Below are positions 53,054 to 63,644 of a stretch of 64,000 nucleotides of DNA, one piece after another (position 1 is the first letter of the stretch; each line of letters opens with the position of its first letter). Position numbers and translations under genes: made by a program. The DNA lies in NCBI RefSeq assembly GCF_056746865.1, contig NZ_CM163382.1, one strand, 5' to 3'. Under the pieces are notes generated by a model, which ran no database searches, was not told the origin of the DNA, and saw only the letters and a list, made by a program, of their open reading frames with translations.

Positions 53054-54261
53054 TTAAAGGTGCTCGCTAAGGCGGTCACCGAACTCGATAATAAAACGGC
53101 TCATTGCCAGCCGCCAGTTCTGGATTGGCATACTCCATTTTTTGACGCCGACTGTATCGCCAGATAAATCACTTTTCGCACCGAGTCGTCCGTTGGGAAC
53201 ACCTTGCGCTTCTTTATCGCCTGCCGAATGACACTGTTCAGCGATTCGATGGCATTCGTCGTGTAGATGGCCTTGCGGATATCCGGTGGGTAACCGAAGA
53301 AGGTGTTGAGATTTTCCCAGTGTGTGCGCCAGCTCTTGCTGATTTGCGGGTATTTTTCATCCCAGACGCCTGCAAACTTATCCAACGCCATCAACGCCGT
53401 TTCCTCTGTCGGGGCCTGATATACCGCTTTCAGCCCGCTGGTGACGGCTTTGTAATCCTTCCACGACACGAATTTCAGGCTGTTGCGCACCATATGGATG
53501 ATGCAGAGCTGAATATGCGTCTGCGGGTACACGCTATTTATCGCTTCCGGGAAGCCTTTCAGGCCGTCCACGAAGGCGATAAGGATATCGTTCAGGCCGC
53601 GATTTTTCAGTTCCGTCAGTACATTCAGCCAGAACTTTGCACCTTCATTTTCGGCCAGCCACATATCCAGCAGCTCTTTCTGACCGTCGGTATTGATGCC
53701 CAGCGCGAGGAACACCGCTTTGTTAATGACACTCCCGCTGTGACGAACCTTAACCACAATACAGTCAAGATAAACAATGGGATACAGTGCATCCAACGGT
53801 CGGTTTTGCCATTCAGAGACCTGTTCTTTAACCGCATCGGTCACTTTGGATATCAGCGTGGGCGAGACATCGGCGTCGTACATTTCTTTGAAGGCTGAGG
53901 TAATTTCGCGGGTAGTCATCCCTCTGGCATACAGCGCCAGGATCTGGTTGTCCATGCCGGTAATGCGGGTCTGATTTTTCTTCACCAGTTGTGGTTCGAA
54001 GGTATTTTCACGGTCACGCGGCGTGTTAAGTTCGATCTCGCCATCATCGCACAATACCGTTTTTGACGAGTAGCCATTACGGGTATTAGAGCCTGATTTA
54101 GGAGCATTTTTCTCATGACCTAGATGGTCAGTCAGTTCTGCATTGAGCGCCGTTTCGACGGTAAGCTTTGTCAACATGCGTGAAAACTGGTTGAGGTCGG
54201 CTTCGGTTTTAAGGCCTTTGGCCAGTTCAGCCGCAAGGACTTTAAGTTTCTTTTCGTCCAT
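53054..54261 (-). pseudogene. IS256-family transposase, frameshifted near C-terminus
   Basis: ORF 53101..54261 matches IS256/mutator-type transposase; conserved C-terminal tail KKWSMPIQNWRLAMSRFIIEFGDRL is in another frame after a T/A homopolymer near 53117-53127. Confidence 0.8.
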
Positions 54262-54429
54262 CGTTTGCCTGTCTCCGTTGTTGGAGTGAACATATCAAAA
54301 ACAGGCAATTACACAATTTTAATTACAGTCTCTTCAGAATGGGTAATCAGTGACCGTCCTGACGGTCACTTTAAAGAAAATGCATATTACACAGAATGGT
54401 AAACAGGCTCAACATAGAGCTTGAAGGTA

Positions 54430-55058
54430 GTTGTTGCCTTGTAATAAAATGTGTGATTCATAGACATCGTTTCAATTTTCTCAGTTCAAGTTCAGGCTTG
54501 TAATTCTGTTCCTGTATATGCTCTTCATTGGGCTGATAGTTTGCATGAACGGCATCGGAGTATGGTGTTTTCTCAGCAAGTTCAAAGTAGCGTTCCATCG
54601 GAGTTTTACCGTTGTGAGCGCTATGAGGACGTTCCCTGTTATAGTAATGCTACCATTCTGCTAGCAATCCCTTCAGGTCATCAGCAGAAAGATCTACGGT
54701 AGCGTAAAACTCAGCTTTGTCTGTCTTTTGGGAACGTCCAACCTTTATTACATCAGGCGACAACTACCTTGAAAAACGCCGTTACTCACCGATCCCCTTC
54801 ACGGTAATACGCACTATTGCCAGTGAGATTGAATGAAGTCGTTTTAACTCGCTTTGAATACGTCTTGCACCCAGATTTCGCTGAGAACGTAACTTCCAGA
54901 ATCAGAGCGACTTCGCAAGTGCTGGTTTTCGTTGATGGTGAACGCTTGGAGCGACGGCTGTAGCTTTCCAGACCAGCGATGCCCTGAGCCAGATATCTGC
55001 GCCACCATTTACACAATGTGGGCCGAGAAGTGCCACAGTGACGGCATACAAATGTCAA
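54430..55058 (-). pseudogene. IS481/IS3-superfamily transposase remnant (N-terminal HTH fragment and C-terminal integrase-core fragment)
   Basis: 54786..55058 encodes …RPTLCKWWRRYLAQGIAGLESYSRRSKRSP… (HTH); 54430..54660 encodes …YYNRERPHSAHNGKTPMERY… (DDE core tail); internal deletion and in-frame stop. Confidence 0.5.
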
Positions 55059-55101
55059 CGACGGATGAAAAGTGGCTCTTACGCAACCTGGATGGAGATT
55101 T

Positions 55102-56119
55102 TCATGCCAGTGGACTCATGACCCTCTGCCTGAGTAGTTCAAATCCGGCTCGACCATACATCTGGCCTTTCAGCATTTTTAGTCGATTTACATGACTTTC
55201 GACAACCCCCATTATTCCAGCGACTGCTGATTGCCTCACATATAGCCGCAGCATCAGCTGCCATCCTTGCAGCCACGCGCCGAAGTTACCACTTTCTCGT
55301 TGCTCTTTTAACCACTCCCTCCATGGGGCCAGAAGTCCTCGCTCTGGAGGCCGGGTTGACATTTCAGGGAATGTTCCTGAACACACCCAGAGACTGACTG
55401 TCACACGTGATAAGCCTGTAATACGGGATATTTCCCCTGAACCCACATCCCTTGTTATGTAGTGCCATAACCTCTGTCCAACGCTGATGCCGTTTTTGGC
55501 GGGTTTGCTGTTTAAGGCGTTCCGGACGACGGAGCGATGCTACAGGCACAGACAGTACTGGCTTAGGTGATTTCTTTGGTGACAACCCACTGGCAACAAG
55601 ACGTATCAGAGGCATCTGTCTGTACATCATTCGTTCAGGCGCATCGCCAATATTTTTTAGCAGGTGCCATCGATCAGCTATCTGTCTGGCCTGAGGTGCA
55701 CCTTCACGTGCTGCTGTCGCATAGACTCCGCCACGGTCACGTGAGACAACCTGTATTTCCGGATATTTTCTGAACCAGGTCGCCAGCGTACTCTGATCGC
55801 AACCGGGAAGCAGGACGAGGGGACGGTGAGTATCAAGATTGACGATTAACGTGCCGTAATGGTGGCCCCGATGCCACGCCCACTCATCAATACCGACATG
55901 AGGCGCGCCCGACTGTTTCGTCTCCGGGGTATTAATAACCCTGCGAAGAAGAGTATCAGCACTGCAACGTAGCCCCACTGCCGTTGCTGCCTGTTTCCCG
56001 GCCTCACCTCCGGCTATTAATCCCGGTTGACGTTGTAAATTTTGTAACGCCTGTGAATACTGCTGATGTGAACTGTGAAGGGAGGCTGAGACTCGGCAAA
56101 ATTTTTCGTTAACAGGCAA
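55102..56119 (-). pseudogene. ISL3-family transposase, N-terminally truncated and frameshifted
   Basis: ORFs 55364..56119 and 55102..55446 in different frames; motifs DRWHLLKNIGDA and C-terminal VNRLKMLKGQMYGRAGFELLRQRV typical of ISL3 family. Confidence 0.6.
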
Positions 56120-56545
56120 GGGTTATGGCAGCACCAGAGTAAGATGCGTCTGGGCTGAGCAGGGTAAGTGCTGTATCTGGAGGCGATGGCATCTATGAAC
56201 TGAGTAGCTGTGCTTAAGGTATTCAACACATAGTGCTGTTTTGCATTTTCCGGGGAGATGGAGGGTTATATACCGTCAGAGCTAATAACTTCTTGACCGT
56301 ATTGCCATCAGCAAAGTAACCGTAGAAATCTCTTAAGTGAGTGTATTAAGTTACCCATAACTTAAAACGGCTTCACTGGTAAGCCTCATACATTTTCTTT
56401 CACTCAAGTTGTGGAAGCCCTCTTTCGTCGAACCGTTCGTTATAAATGCAAAAGATGTATGCTGACCCTCTCAAAGCCGAAATCATACAGAGTTTATGGA
56501 AAAGTGGTGAACCAGTCGCGTCGAAAGTAGATTGAGCTCATATCA

Positions 56546-57739
56546 TTACTTGCTTTTGCAGCAGCGCCAGATAAATACAGTCACCATGCTAAATAATACA
56601 GCGGCAAATAATGCCATCACAATCAGTGCTATTGCGACACCTGTTTTCGACACCAATGGTACCAACAACGCGCAAAGCCCATAGCCAAGTGTGTGACTGC
56701 AAGCGAGCCAGCCCGCGCCTGCGCCGTCGGCCAGCTTATCATTCAGTAAAAGTTGATAAGCGGGGGTTGCCAGAGCAGCTCCAAATGACAGCACTGCACA
56801 GCCTAGGTAAAACAACCATAGCTGTTCAGCGAGCATGATAGCCAGACCACTACTCATCAACACCCCGGCACTCAGGAGCAGAGCCACTGGAGTCAGGCGC
56901 TGTGGACGGAGTACCACGAACTGCGCGATAAGCGCAGCTATTGCGGACAGCCCCAACAACCACGCTACCTGTTGGCTAATAGTGGTGGTATCAGTGGCGA
57001 ACTGGCGAGTAAGGGCTGGAGAAAGTCCAAGCTGCATCATGCTCATTGCCGCAGCCAGTAACATTGCGCAAAGCAGATAAGGCAGGAAATCCCGCTTCAG
57101 GCTGACGCTCTTGCGCTCCGGTGTGGGCTGTGGTGGTGTGCCGGGCAACCGCAGAAGCATCACCAGTGCCAGCGCTGGCGCTGCCATCAGCATCCACACT
57201 GGCGCCAGAGGGTGAATGACCAACATTGCCGCCGCGCACAGCGGCCCGAATAGCCTGCCGCAGCTCAGGCCGGAGCTGATGGTTGCCAGAGCGGCCATGC
57301 GATTCCCATCTCCCGCTCTCTGCAATGCCCAGACCTGACAGGCTGGCACCATTGCTGACACGGTCAGACCGTAGACGATCCGGGCGATGATTAATATTCC
57401 CAACCCCACCGCTTTTGTTACGGCACCGGTAGCCATCAGCACGCTTCCCAGCCCAAGCAGGGTAAAGCTTACGCCATATCCTCCCAGAGCCCACAGCACC
57501 ACAGTCTTACTGCCAGTAAGGGAAATTTGCTTTCCCCACCATGGGGAAGATGGCAGAAACAGCATTGAGCCCAGCATCAGCAGGGCAGCCCATACAGACA
57601 GACTCAGATTTGTCTGTATGACCAGAACAGGGAGTACAACCAGCAGACCGTTCTGTCCGATACCGAGAAGACCGGCACTGAACGCCAGTGGCCAGCAGGA
57701 CAGGGTTTTTTGGGGCGTATCTTCGATCTTAGATGACAT
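56546..57739 (-). CDS. shiF: MFS transporter ShiF (aerobactin-locus associated)
   Basis: 397-aa 12-TM ORF divergent from iucA, as in aerobactin islands. Confidence 0.85.
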   Translation of the reverse strand: MSSKIEDTPQKTLSCWPLAFSAGLLGIGQNGLLVVLPVLVIQTNLSLSVWAALLMLGSMLFLPSSPWWGKQISLTGSKTVVLWALGGYGVSFTLLGLGSVLMATGAVTKAVGLGILIIARIVYGLTVSAMVPACQVWALQRAGDGNRMAALATISSGLSCGRLFGPLCAAAMLVIHPLAPVWMLMAAPALALVMLLRLPGTPPQPTPERKSVSLKRDFLPYLLCAMLLAAAMSMMQLGLSPALTRQFATDTTTISQQVAWLLGLSAIAALIAQFVVLRPQRLTPVALLLSAGVLMSSGLAIMLAEQLWLFYLGCAVLSFGAALATPAYQLLLNDKLADGAGAGWLACSHTLGYGLCALLVPLVSKTGVAIALIVMALFAAVLFSMVTVFIWRCCKSK

Positions 57740-57813
57740 TGTAATGTTTCAACACCATGTATTAATTGTGTTTATTTGTAAAATTAATTTTTCTGACAAT
57801 AACATTTCTCATT

Positions 57814-57832
57814 GATAATGATAATCATTATT
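57814..57832 (+). promoter_or_regulatory. Fur box in aerobactin promoter
   Basis: gataatgataatcattatt matches Fur consensus GATAATGATAATCATTATC at 18 of 19 positions; 40 bp upstream of iucA start. Confidence 0.8.
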
Positions 57833-57874
57833 GACATAATTGTTATTATTTTACTGTGTAGGAGCTGTTTGATT

Positions 57875-59599
57875 ATGATCCTGCCCTCTGAAAAATCCGC
57901 CACAGATGTGGCTGCGCAGTGCTTCCTGAATGCCTTGATTCGTGAAACCAAAGACTGGCAACTGGCGGAATACCCGCCAGACGAATTGATTATCCCGCTG
58001 GACGAACAGAAGTCGCTCCATTTCAGAGTGGCTTATTTCTCCCCAACCCAGCATCACTGCTTTGCATTTCCTGCTCATCTGGTCACGGCATCAGGCAGTT
58101 ATCCTGTCGATTTTACCACTCTCTCCCGGCTTATTATTGACAAGCTCCGGCATCAACTTTTTCTGCCAGTTCCCCTCTGCGAAACTTTCCACCAACGCGT
58201 GCTGGAAAGCTACGCCCATACGCAACAGACAATTGATGCCCGCCATGACTGGGCCATCCTGCGTGAGAAAGCGTTGAATTTTGGCGAGGCTGAGCAGGCA
58301 CTGCTGACAGGACACGCTTTCCACCCTGCACCTAAGTCTCATGAACCGTTTAACCGCCAGGAAGCTGAACGATACCTGCCTGACATGGCACCTCACTTCC
58401 CGCTGCGGTGGTTTTCGGTGGATAAAACGCAAATCGCTGGTGAAAGTCTGCATCTTAACCTTCAACAGCGGTTGACGCGATTTGCCGCAGAAAATGCGCC
58501 CCAGTTACTCAACGAATTAAGTGACAATCAATGGCTGTTCCCGCTGCACCCGTGGCAGGGAGAATATCTTTTGCAGCAGGTGTGGTGCCAGGCACTTTTT
58601 GCTAAAGGACTTATCAGAGACTTAGGCGAGGCCGGCACGTCGTGGCTGCCGACCACCTCTTCCCGCTCCCTCTACTGTGCTACCAGCCGCGATATGATCA
58701 AGTTCTCCCTGAGCGTTCGGCTGACCAACTCCGTCCGTACTCTGTCTGTGAAAGAGGTGGAGCGAGGAATGCGCCTGGCACGTCTGGCGCAAACCGACGG
58801 CTGGCAGATGCTACAGGCCCGCTTCCCTACTTTCCGGGTAATGCAGGAGGACGGCTGGGCCGGGCTGCGCGATCTTAACGGCAACATCATGCAGGAAAGT
58901 TTGTTTTCCCTGCGTGAAAACCTGCTGCTGGAGCAGCCGCAAAGCCAGACCAACGTTCTGGTTTCCCTGACTCAGGCCGCACCGGATGGCGGTGATTCGC
59001 TGCTGGTTTCGGCGGTAAAACGCCTGAGCGATCGCCTCGGTATCACTGTGCAACAGGCCGCCCACGCATGGGTCGATGCTTACTGTCAGCAGGTGCTGAA
59101 GCCTCTGTTTACGGCTGAAGCGGATTACGGCCTGGTGCTGCTGGCGCATCAGCAAAATATTCTTGTGCAGATGCTTGGGGATCTGCCGGTCGGATTTATT
59201 TACCGTGACTGCCAGGGCAGCGCGTTTATGCCTCACGCGACAGAGTGGCTCGATACCATTGACGAGGCGCAGGCGGAAAATATTTTCACCCGTGAGCAGT
59301 TGCTGCGCTATTTCCCTTATTACCTGCTGGTTAACTCCACTTTTGCCGTAACTGCTGCGCTGGGTGCTGCCGGGCTGGACAGCGAAGCGAATCTGATGGC
59401 TCGTGTACGAACATTGCTGGCTGAAGTGCGTGACCAGGTGACTCATAAAACCTGTCTCAACTATGTTCTGGAAAGTCCGTACTGGAACGTAAAAGGTAAC
59501 TTTTTCTGTTATCTGAACGATCATAACGAGAACACCATCGTTGACCCTTCGGTGATCTATTTTGATTTCGCTAACCCGCTGCAGGCTCAGGAGGTCTGA
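57875..59599 (+). CDS. iucA: Aerobactin synthetase IucA (NIS synthetase)
   Basis: ORF 57812..59599 trimmed to MILPSEKSATDVAAQCF… with GGAG RBS; IucA/IucC family. Confidence 0.93.
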   Translation: MILPSEKSATDVAAQCFLNALIRETKDWQLAEYPPDELIIPLDEQKSLHFRVAYFSPTQHHCFAFPAHLVTASGSYPVDFTTLSRLIIDKLRHQLFLPVPLCETFHQRVLESYAHTQQTIDARHDWAILREKALNFGEAEQALLTGHAFHPAPKSHEPFNRQEAERYLPDMAPHFPLRWFSVDKTQIAGESLHLNLQQRLTRFAAENAPQLLNELSDNQWLFPLHPWQGEYLLQQVWCQALFAKGLIRDLGEAGTSWLPTTSSRSLYCATSRDMIKFSLSVRLTNSVRTLSVKEVERGMRLARLAQTDGWQMLQARFPTFRVMQEDGWAGLRDLNGNIMQESLFSLRENLLLEQPQSQTNVLVSLTQAAPDGGDSLLVSAVKRLSDRLGITVQQAAHAWVDAYCQQVLKPLFTAEADYGLVLLAHQQNILVQMLGDLPVGFIYRDCQGSAFMPHATEWLDTIDEAQAENIFTREQLLRYFPYYLLVNSTFAVTAALGAAGLDSEANLMARVRTLLAEVRDQVTHKTCLNYVLESPYWNVKGNFFCYLNDHNENTIVDPSVIYFDFANPLQAQEV

Positions 59600-60547
59600 A
59601 TGTCTGGGGCAAACATTGTTCACAGCGGATATGGACTGCGCTGTGAAAAACTCGACAAGCCTCTGAATCTTGGCTGGGGGCTGGACAATAGCGCGGTGTT
59701 GCACTGGCCCGGGGAGCTGCCAACAGGATGGCTGTGCGACGCGCTGGATCAGATATTTATCGCCGCACCACAACTTTCAGCAGTGGTTCTTCCCTGGTCC
59801 GAATGGTGTGAGGAGCCACAGGCGCTGACGCTTTTCGGACAGGTACAAAGCGACATTATCCATCGTTCCGCTTTCTGGCAGTTACCGTTATGGCTGAGTT
59901 CTCCGGCAAACCGGGCCTCCGGTGAAATGGTTTTTGATGCAGAGCGTGAGATTTATTTCCCGCAGCGCCCCCCCCGTCCGCAGGGTGAAGTTTATCGTCG
60001 TTACGATCCACGCATTCGCAGGATGCTGAGTTTCCGCATTGCCGATCCCGTTTCTGATGCAGAACGTTTCACTCGCTGGATGAACGATCCGCGCGTTGAG
60101 TATTTCTGGGAGCAAAGTGGCTCACTGGAGGTACAGATCGCCTATCTGGAACGCCAGCTCACCAGTAAACATGCATTCCCGCTGATTGGTTGTTTCGACG
60201 ATCGGCCGTTCAGTTATTTCGAAATCTACTGGGCGGCGGAAGACCGCATTGGTCGCCACTATTCGTGGCAGCCCTTTGACCGTGGCCTGCATCTGCTGGT
60301 TGGTGAACAGCAATGGCGCGGAGCCCACTATGTGCAAAGCTGGCTGCGCGGGGTGACACATTACCTGCTGCTGAATGAGCCACGTACGCAGCGCACAGTA
60401 CTGGAGCCACGCACCGATAACCAGCGCCTGTTCCGCCATCTTGAGCCTGCGGGATACCGGACAATTAAAGAGTTCGACTTCCCACATAAACGCTCGCGCA
60501 TGGTGATGGCGGATCGTCATCACTTCTTCACGGAGGTCGGTCTGTAA
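59600..60547 (+). CDS. iucB: N6-hydroxylysine acetyltransferase IucB
   Basis: 315-aa ORF in operon position 2. Confidence 0.93.
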   Translation: MSGANIVHSGYGLRCEKLDKPLNLGWGLDNSAVLHWPGELPTGWLCDALDQIFIAAPQLSAVVLPWSEWCEEPQALTLFGQVQSDIIHRSAFWQLPLWLSSPANRASGEMVFDAEREIYFPQRPPRPQGEVYRRYDPRIRRMLSFRIADPVSDAERFTRWMNDPRVEYFWEQSGSLEVQIAYLERQLTSKHAFPLIGCFDDRPFSYFEIYWAAEDRIGRHYSWQPFDRGLHLLVGEQQWRGAHYVQSWLRGVTHYLLLNEPRTQRTVLEPRTDNQRLFRHLEPAGYRTIKEFDFPHKRSRMVMADRHHFFTEVGL

Positions 60548-62289
60548 TGAATCACAAAGACTGGGATTTGGTCAACCGCCGCTTGGTGGCAAAAATGTTG
60601 TCTGAGCTGGAGTATGAGCAGGTTTTCCACGCGGAATCTCAGGGCGATGACCGCTACTGCATTAACCTGCCGGGAGCACAATGGCGCTTCATCGCTGAAC
60701 GTGGTATCTGGGGCTGGCTCTGGATTGATGCTCAAACTCTGCGCTGCGCGGACGAGCCAGTACTGGCTCAGACGCTGCTGATGCAGCTAAAGCAGGTACT
60801 GTCAATGAGCGATGCAACCGTTGCTGAGCATATGCAGGATTTGTATTCCACGCTGCTGGGCGACCTGCAACTGCTGAAAGCCCGTCGCGGGCTGAGCGCC
60901 AGTGACCTGATTAATCTTAGTGCCGACCGCCTGCAATGCCTGCTGAGCGGTCATCCTAAATTCGTTTTTAATAAAGGTCGCCGTGGCTGGGGTAAAGAGG
61001 CGCTGGAACGATATGCGCCAGAGTATGCCAACACCTTTAGACTGCACTGGCTGGCGGTAAAACGTGAACATATGATCTGGCGCTGTGATAACGAGATGGA
61101 TATTCATCAGTTGTTGACGGCCGCAATGGATCCGCAGGAGTTTGCCCGCTTCAGTCAGGTCTGGCAGGAAAACGGACTGGATCATAACTGGCTGCCGCTG
61201 CCTGTACATCCGTGGCAGTGGCAGCAAAAAATCGCCACCGACTTCATCGCTGATTTTGCCGAAGGCAGGATGGTGTCTCTCGGCGAGTTTGGCGACCAGT
61301 GGCTCGCCCAGCAGTCGCTGCGTACCCTGACCAACGCCAGTCGCCGGGGTGGGCTGGATATCAAGCTGCCGCTGACCATCTACAACACCTCATGCTACCG
61401 GGGGATTCCTGGCAGATACATCGCTGCCGGACCACTGGCTTCACGCTGGCTACAACAGGTTTTTGCGACCGACGCTACCCTGGTGCAAAGCGGTGCAGTG
61501 ATCCTTGGTGAACCGGCTGCAGGCTATGTCTCCCATGAAGGCTATGCCGCGCTTGCCCGGGCTCCCTATCGCTACCAGGAAATGCTTGGTGTTATCTGGC
61601 GGGAGAATCCGTGCCGCTGGCTGAAACCGGATGAAAGTCCGGTTCTGATGGCAACACTGATGGAGTGCGACGAAAACGATCAGCCGCTGGCAGGCGCATA
61701 TATAGACCGCTCCGGGCTGGACGCTGAAACCTGGCTTACGCAACTGTTCCGGGTGGTCGTGGTTCCTCTGTATCACCTGCTTTGCCGCTACGGTGTCGCG
61801 CTTATTGCACATGGACAAAATATAACGCTCGCCATGAAAAAGGGGGTTCCACAGCGTGTTCTGCTGAAAGACTTCCAGGGCGATATGCGGCTGGTGAAAG
61901 AAGAGTTCCCCGAAATGGACTCTTTGCCTCAGGAGGTTCGTGATGTTACATCCCGCCTGAGTGCGGACTACTTAATCCATGATTTGCAGACGGGTCACTT
62001 CGTGACAGTACTGCGTTTTATTTCGCCACTGATGGTTCGTCTTGGCGTACCTGAACGGCGATTTTATCAACTGCTGGCAGCAGTGTTGAGTGATTACATG
62101 AAAAAACATCCACAAATGTCAGAGCGTTTTGCGCTTTTCTCACTTTTCAGGCCACAAATCATTCGCGTGGTGCTGAACCCGGTAAAACTGACCTGGCCTG
62201 ATCTGGATGGCGGCAGCCGCATGCTGCCGAATTACCTTGAGGATCTGCAAAATCCGCTGTGGCTGGTAACTCAGGAATATGAATCATGA
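60547..62289 (+). CDS. iucC: Aerobactin synthetase IucC
   Basis: 580-aa NIS synthetase paralogous to IucA. Confidence 0.93.
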   Translation: MNHKDWDLVNRRLVAKMLSELEYEQVFHAESQGDDRYCINLPGAQWRFIAERGIWGWLWIDAQTLRCADEPVLAQTLLMQLKQVLSMSDATVAEHMQDLYSTLLGDLQLLKARRGLSASDLINLSADRLQCLLSGHPKFVFNKGRRGWGKEALERYAPEYANTFRLHWLAVKREHMIWRCDNEMDIHQLLTAAMDPQEFARFSQVWQENGLDHNWLPLPVHPWQWQQKIATDFIADFAEGRMVSLGEFGDQWLAQQSLRTLTNASRRGGLDIKLPLTIYNTSCYRGIPGRYIAAGPLASRWLQQVFATDATLVQSGAVILGEPAAGYVSHEGYAALARAPYRYQEMLGVIWRENPCRWLKPDESPVLMATLMECDENDQPLAGAYIDRSGLDAETWLTQLFRVVVVPLYHLLCRYGVALIAHGQNITLAMKKGVPQRVLLKDFQGDMRLVKEEFPEMDSLPQEVRDVTSRLSADYLIHDLQTGHFVTVLRFISPLMVRLGVPERRFYQLLAAVLSDYMKKHPQMSERFALFSLFRPQIIRVVLNPVKLTWPDLDGGSRMLPNYLEDLQNPLWLVTQEYES

Positions 62290-63563
62290 AAAAAAGTGTC
62301 GATTTTATTGGTGTAGGGACAGGGCCATTTAATCTCAGCATTGCTGCGTTGTCACATCAGATCGAAGAACTGGACTGTCTCTTCTTTGATGAACATCCTC
62401 ATTTTTCCTGGCATCCGGGTATGCTGGTACCGGATTGTCATATGCAGACCGTCTTTCTGAAAGATCTGGTCAGTGCTGTTGCACCTACAAATCCCTACAG
62501 CTTTGTTAACTATCTGGTGAAGCACAAAAAGTTCTATCGCTTCCTTACAAGCAGACTACGTACAGTATCCCGTGAAGAGTTTTCTGACTACCTCCGCTGG
62601 GCTGCTGAAGATATGAATAACCTGTATTTCAGTCATACCGTTGAAAACATTGATTTCGATAAAAAACGTCGATTGTTTCTGGTGCAAACCAGCCGGGGAG
62701 AATATTTTGCCCACAATATCTGCCTTGGTACAGGAAAACAACCTTATTTACCACCCTGTGTGAAGCATATGACACAATCCTGTTTCCATGCCAGTGAAAT
62801 GAATCTTCGTCGGCCGGACCTTAGTGAAAAACGGGTAACCGTGGTTGGTGGAGGACAGAGTGGTGCAGACCTGTTCCTTAATGCATTACGCGGGGAATGG
62901 GGAGAAGCGGCGGAAATAAACTGGATCTCCCGGCGGAATAATTTTAACGCACTGGATGAGGCTGCTTTTGCTGATGAGTATTTTACACCTGAATATATTT
63001 CAGGCTTCTCCGGACTGGAGGAAGATATTCGCCATCAGTTACTGGATGAGCAGAAAATGACATCGGATGGCATCACTGCCGATTCTTTACTGACCATTTA
63101 TCGTGAGTTGTACCACCGTTTTGAAGTTCTGAGAAAACCAAGAAATATCCGTCTGCTACCCAGCCGCTCGGTAACAACTCTGGAAAGTAGTGGTCCTGGC
63201 TGGAAGTTGCTGATGGAGCATCATCTGGATCAGGGCAGGGAGAGCCTGGAAAGTGATGTGGTGATTTTCGCCACAGGTTACCGTTCTGCGTTGCCACAAA
63301 TACTTCCCTCACTGATGCCGCTGATCACCATGCACGATAAGAACACCTTTAAAGTGCGTGATGACTTCACTCTGGAATGGAGTGGCCCGAAAGAGAACAA
63401 CATCTTCGTGGTCAACGCCAGTATGCAAACCCATGGCATCGCCGAACCTCAGCTCAGCCTGATGGCATGGAGATCTGCACGTATTCTTAATCGTGTAATG
63501 GGACGTGATTTATTCGATCTCAGTATGCCGCCCGCCCTGATTCAGTGGCGCAGCGGCACCTAG
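62286..63563 (+). CDS. iucD: L-lysine N6-monooxygenase IucD (FAD/NADPH)
   Basis: 425-aa ORF with N-terminal GxGxxN dinucleotide motif (IGVGTGPFNLS). Confidence 0.93.
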   Translation: MKKSVDFIGVGTGPFNLSIAALSHQIEELDCLFFDEHPHFSWHPGMLVPDCHMQTVFLKDLVSAVAPTNPYSFVNYLVKHKKFYRFLTSRLRTVSREEFSDYLRWAAEDMNNLYFSHTVENIDFDKKRRLFLVQTSRGEYFAHNICLGTGKQPYLPPCVKHMTQSCFHASEMNLRRPDLSEKRVTVVGGGQSGADLFLNALRGEWGEAAEINWISRRNNFNALDEAAFADEYFTPEYISGFSGLEEDIRHQLLDEQKMTSDGITADSLLTIYRELYHRFEVLRKPRNIRLLPSRSVTTLESSGPGWKLLMEHHLDQGRESLESDVVIFATGYRSALPQILPSLMPLITMHDKNTFKVRDDFTLEWSGPKENNIFVVNASMQTHGIAEPQLSLMAWRSARILNRVMGRDLFDLSMPPALIQWRSGT

Positions 63564-63644
63564 GGAAAACGCAGCCGGAGGCTGCTTCTTTAACTCGCTA
63601 CACAGCATCTTTGGGCTGATTTTTTCCGCCCGTGTGGAGGAATA

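Noticed and set aside
58811-59773. 320-aa minus-strand ORF across the iucA-iucB junction
   Set aside because: Antisense to the aerobactin biosynthesis genes, which have clear family identity.
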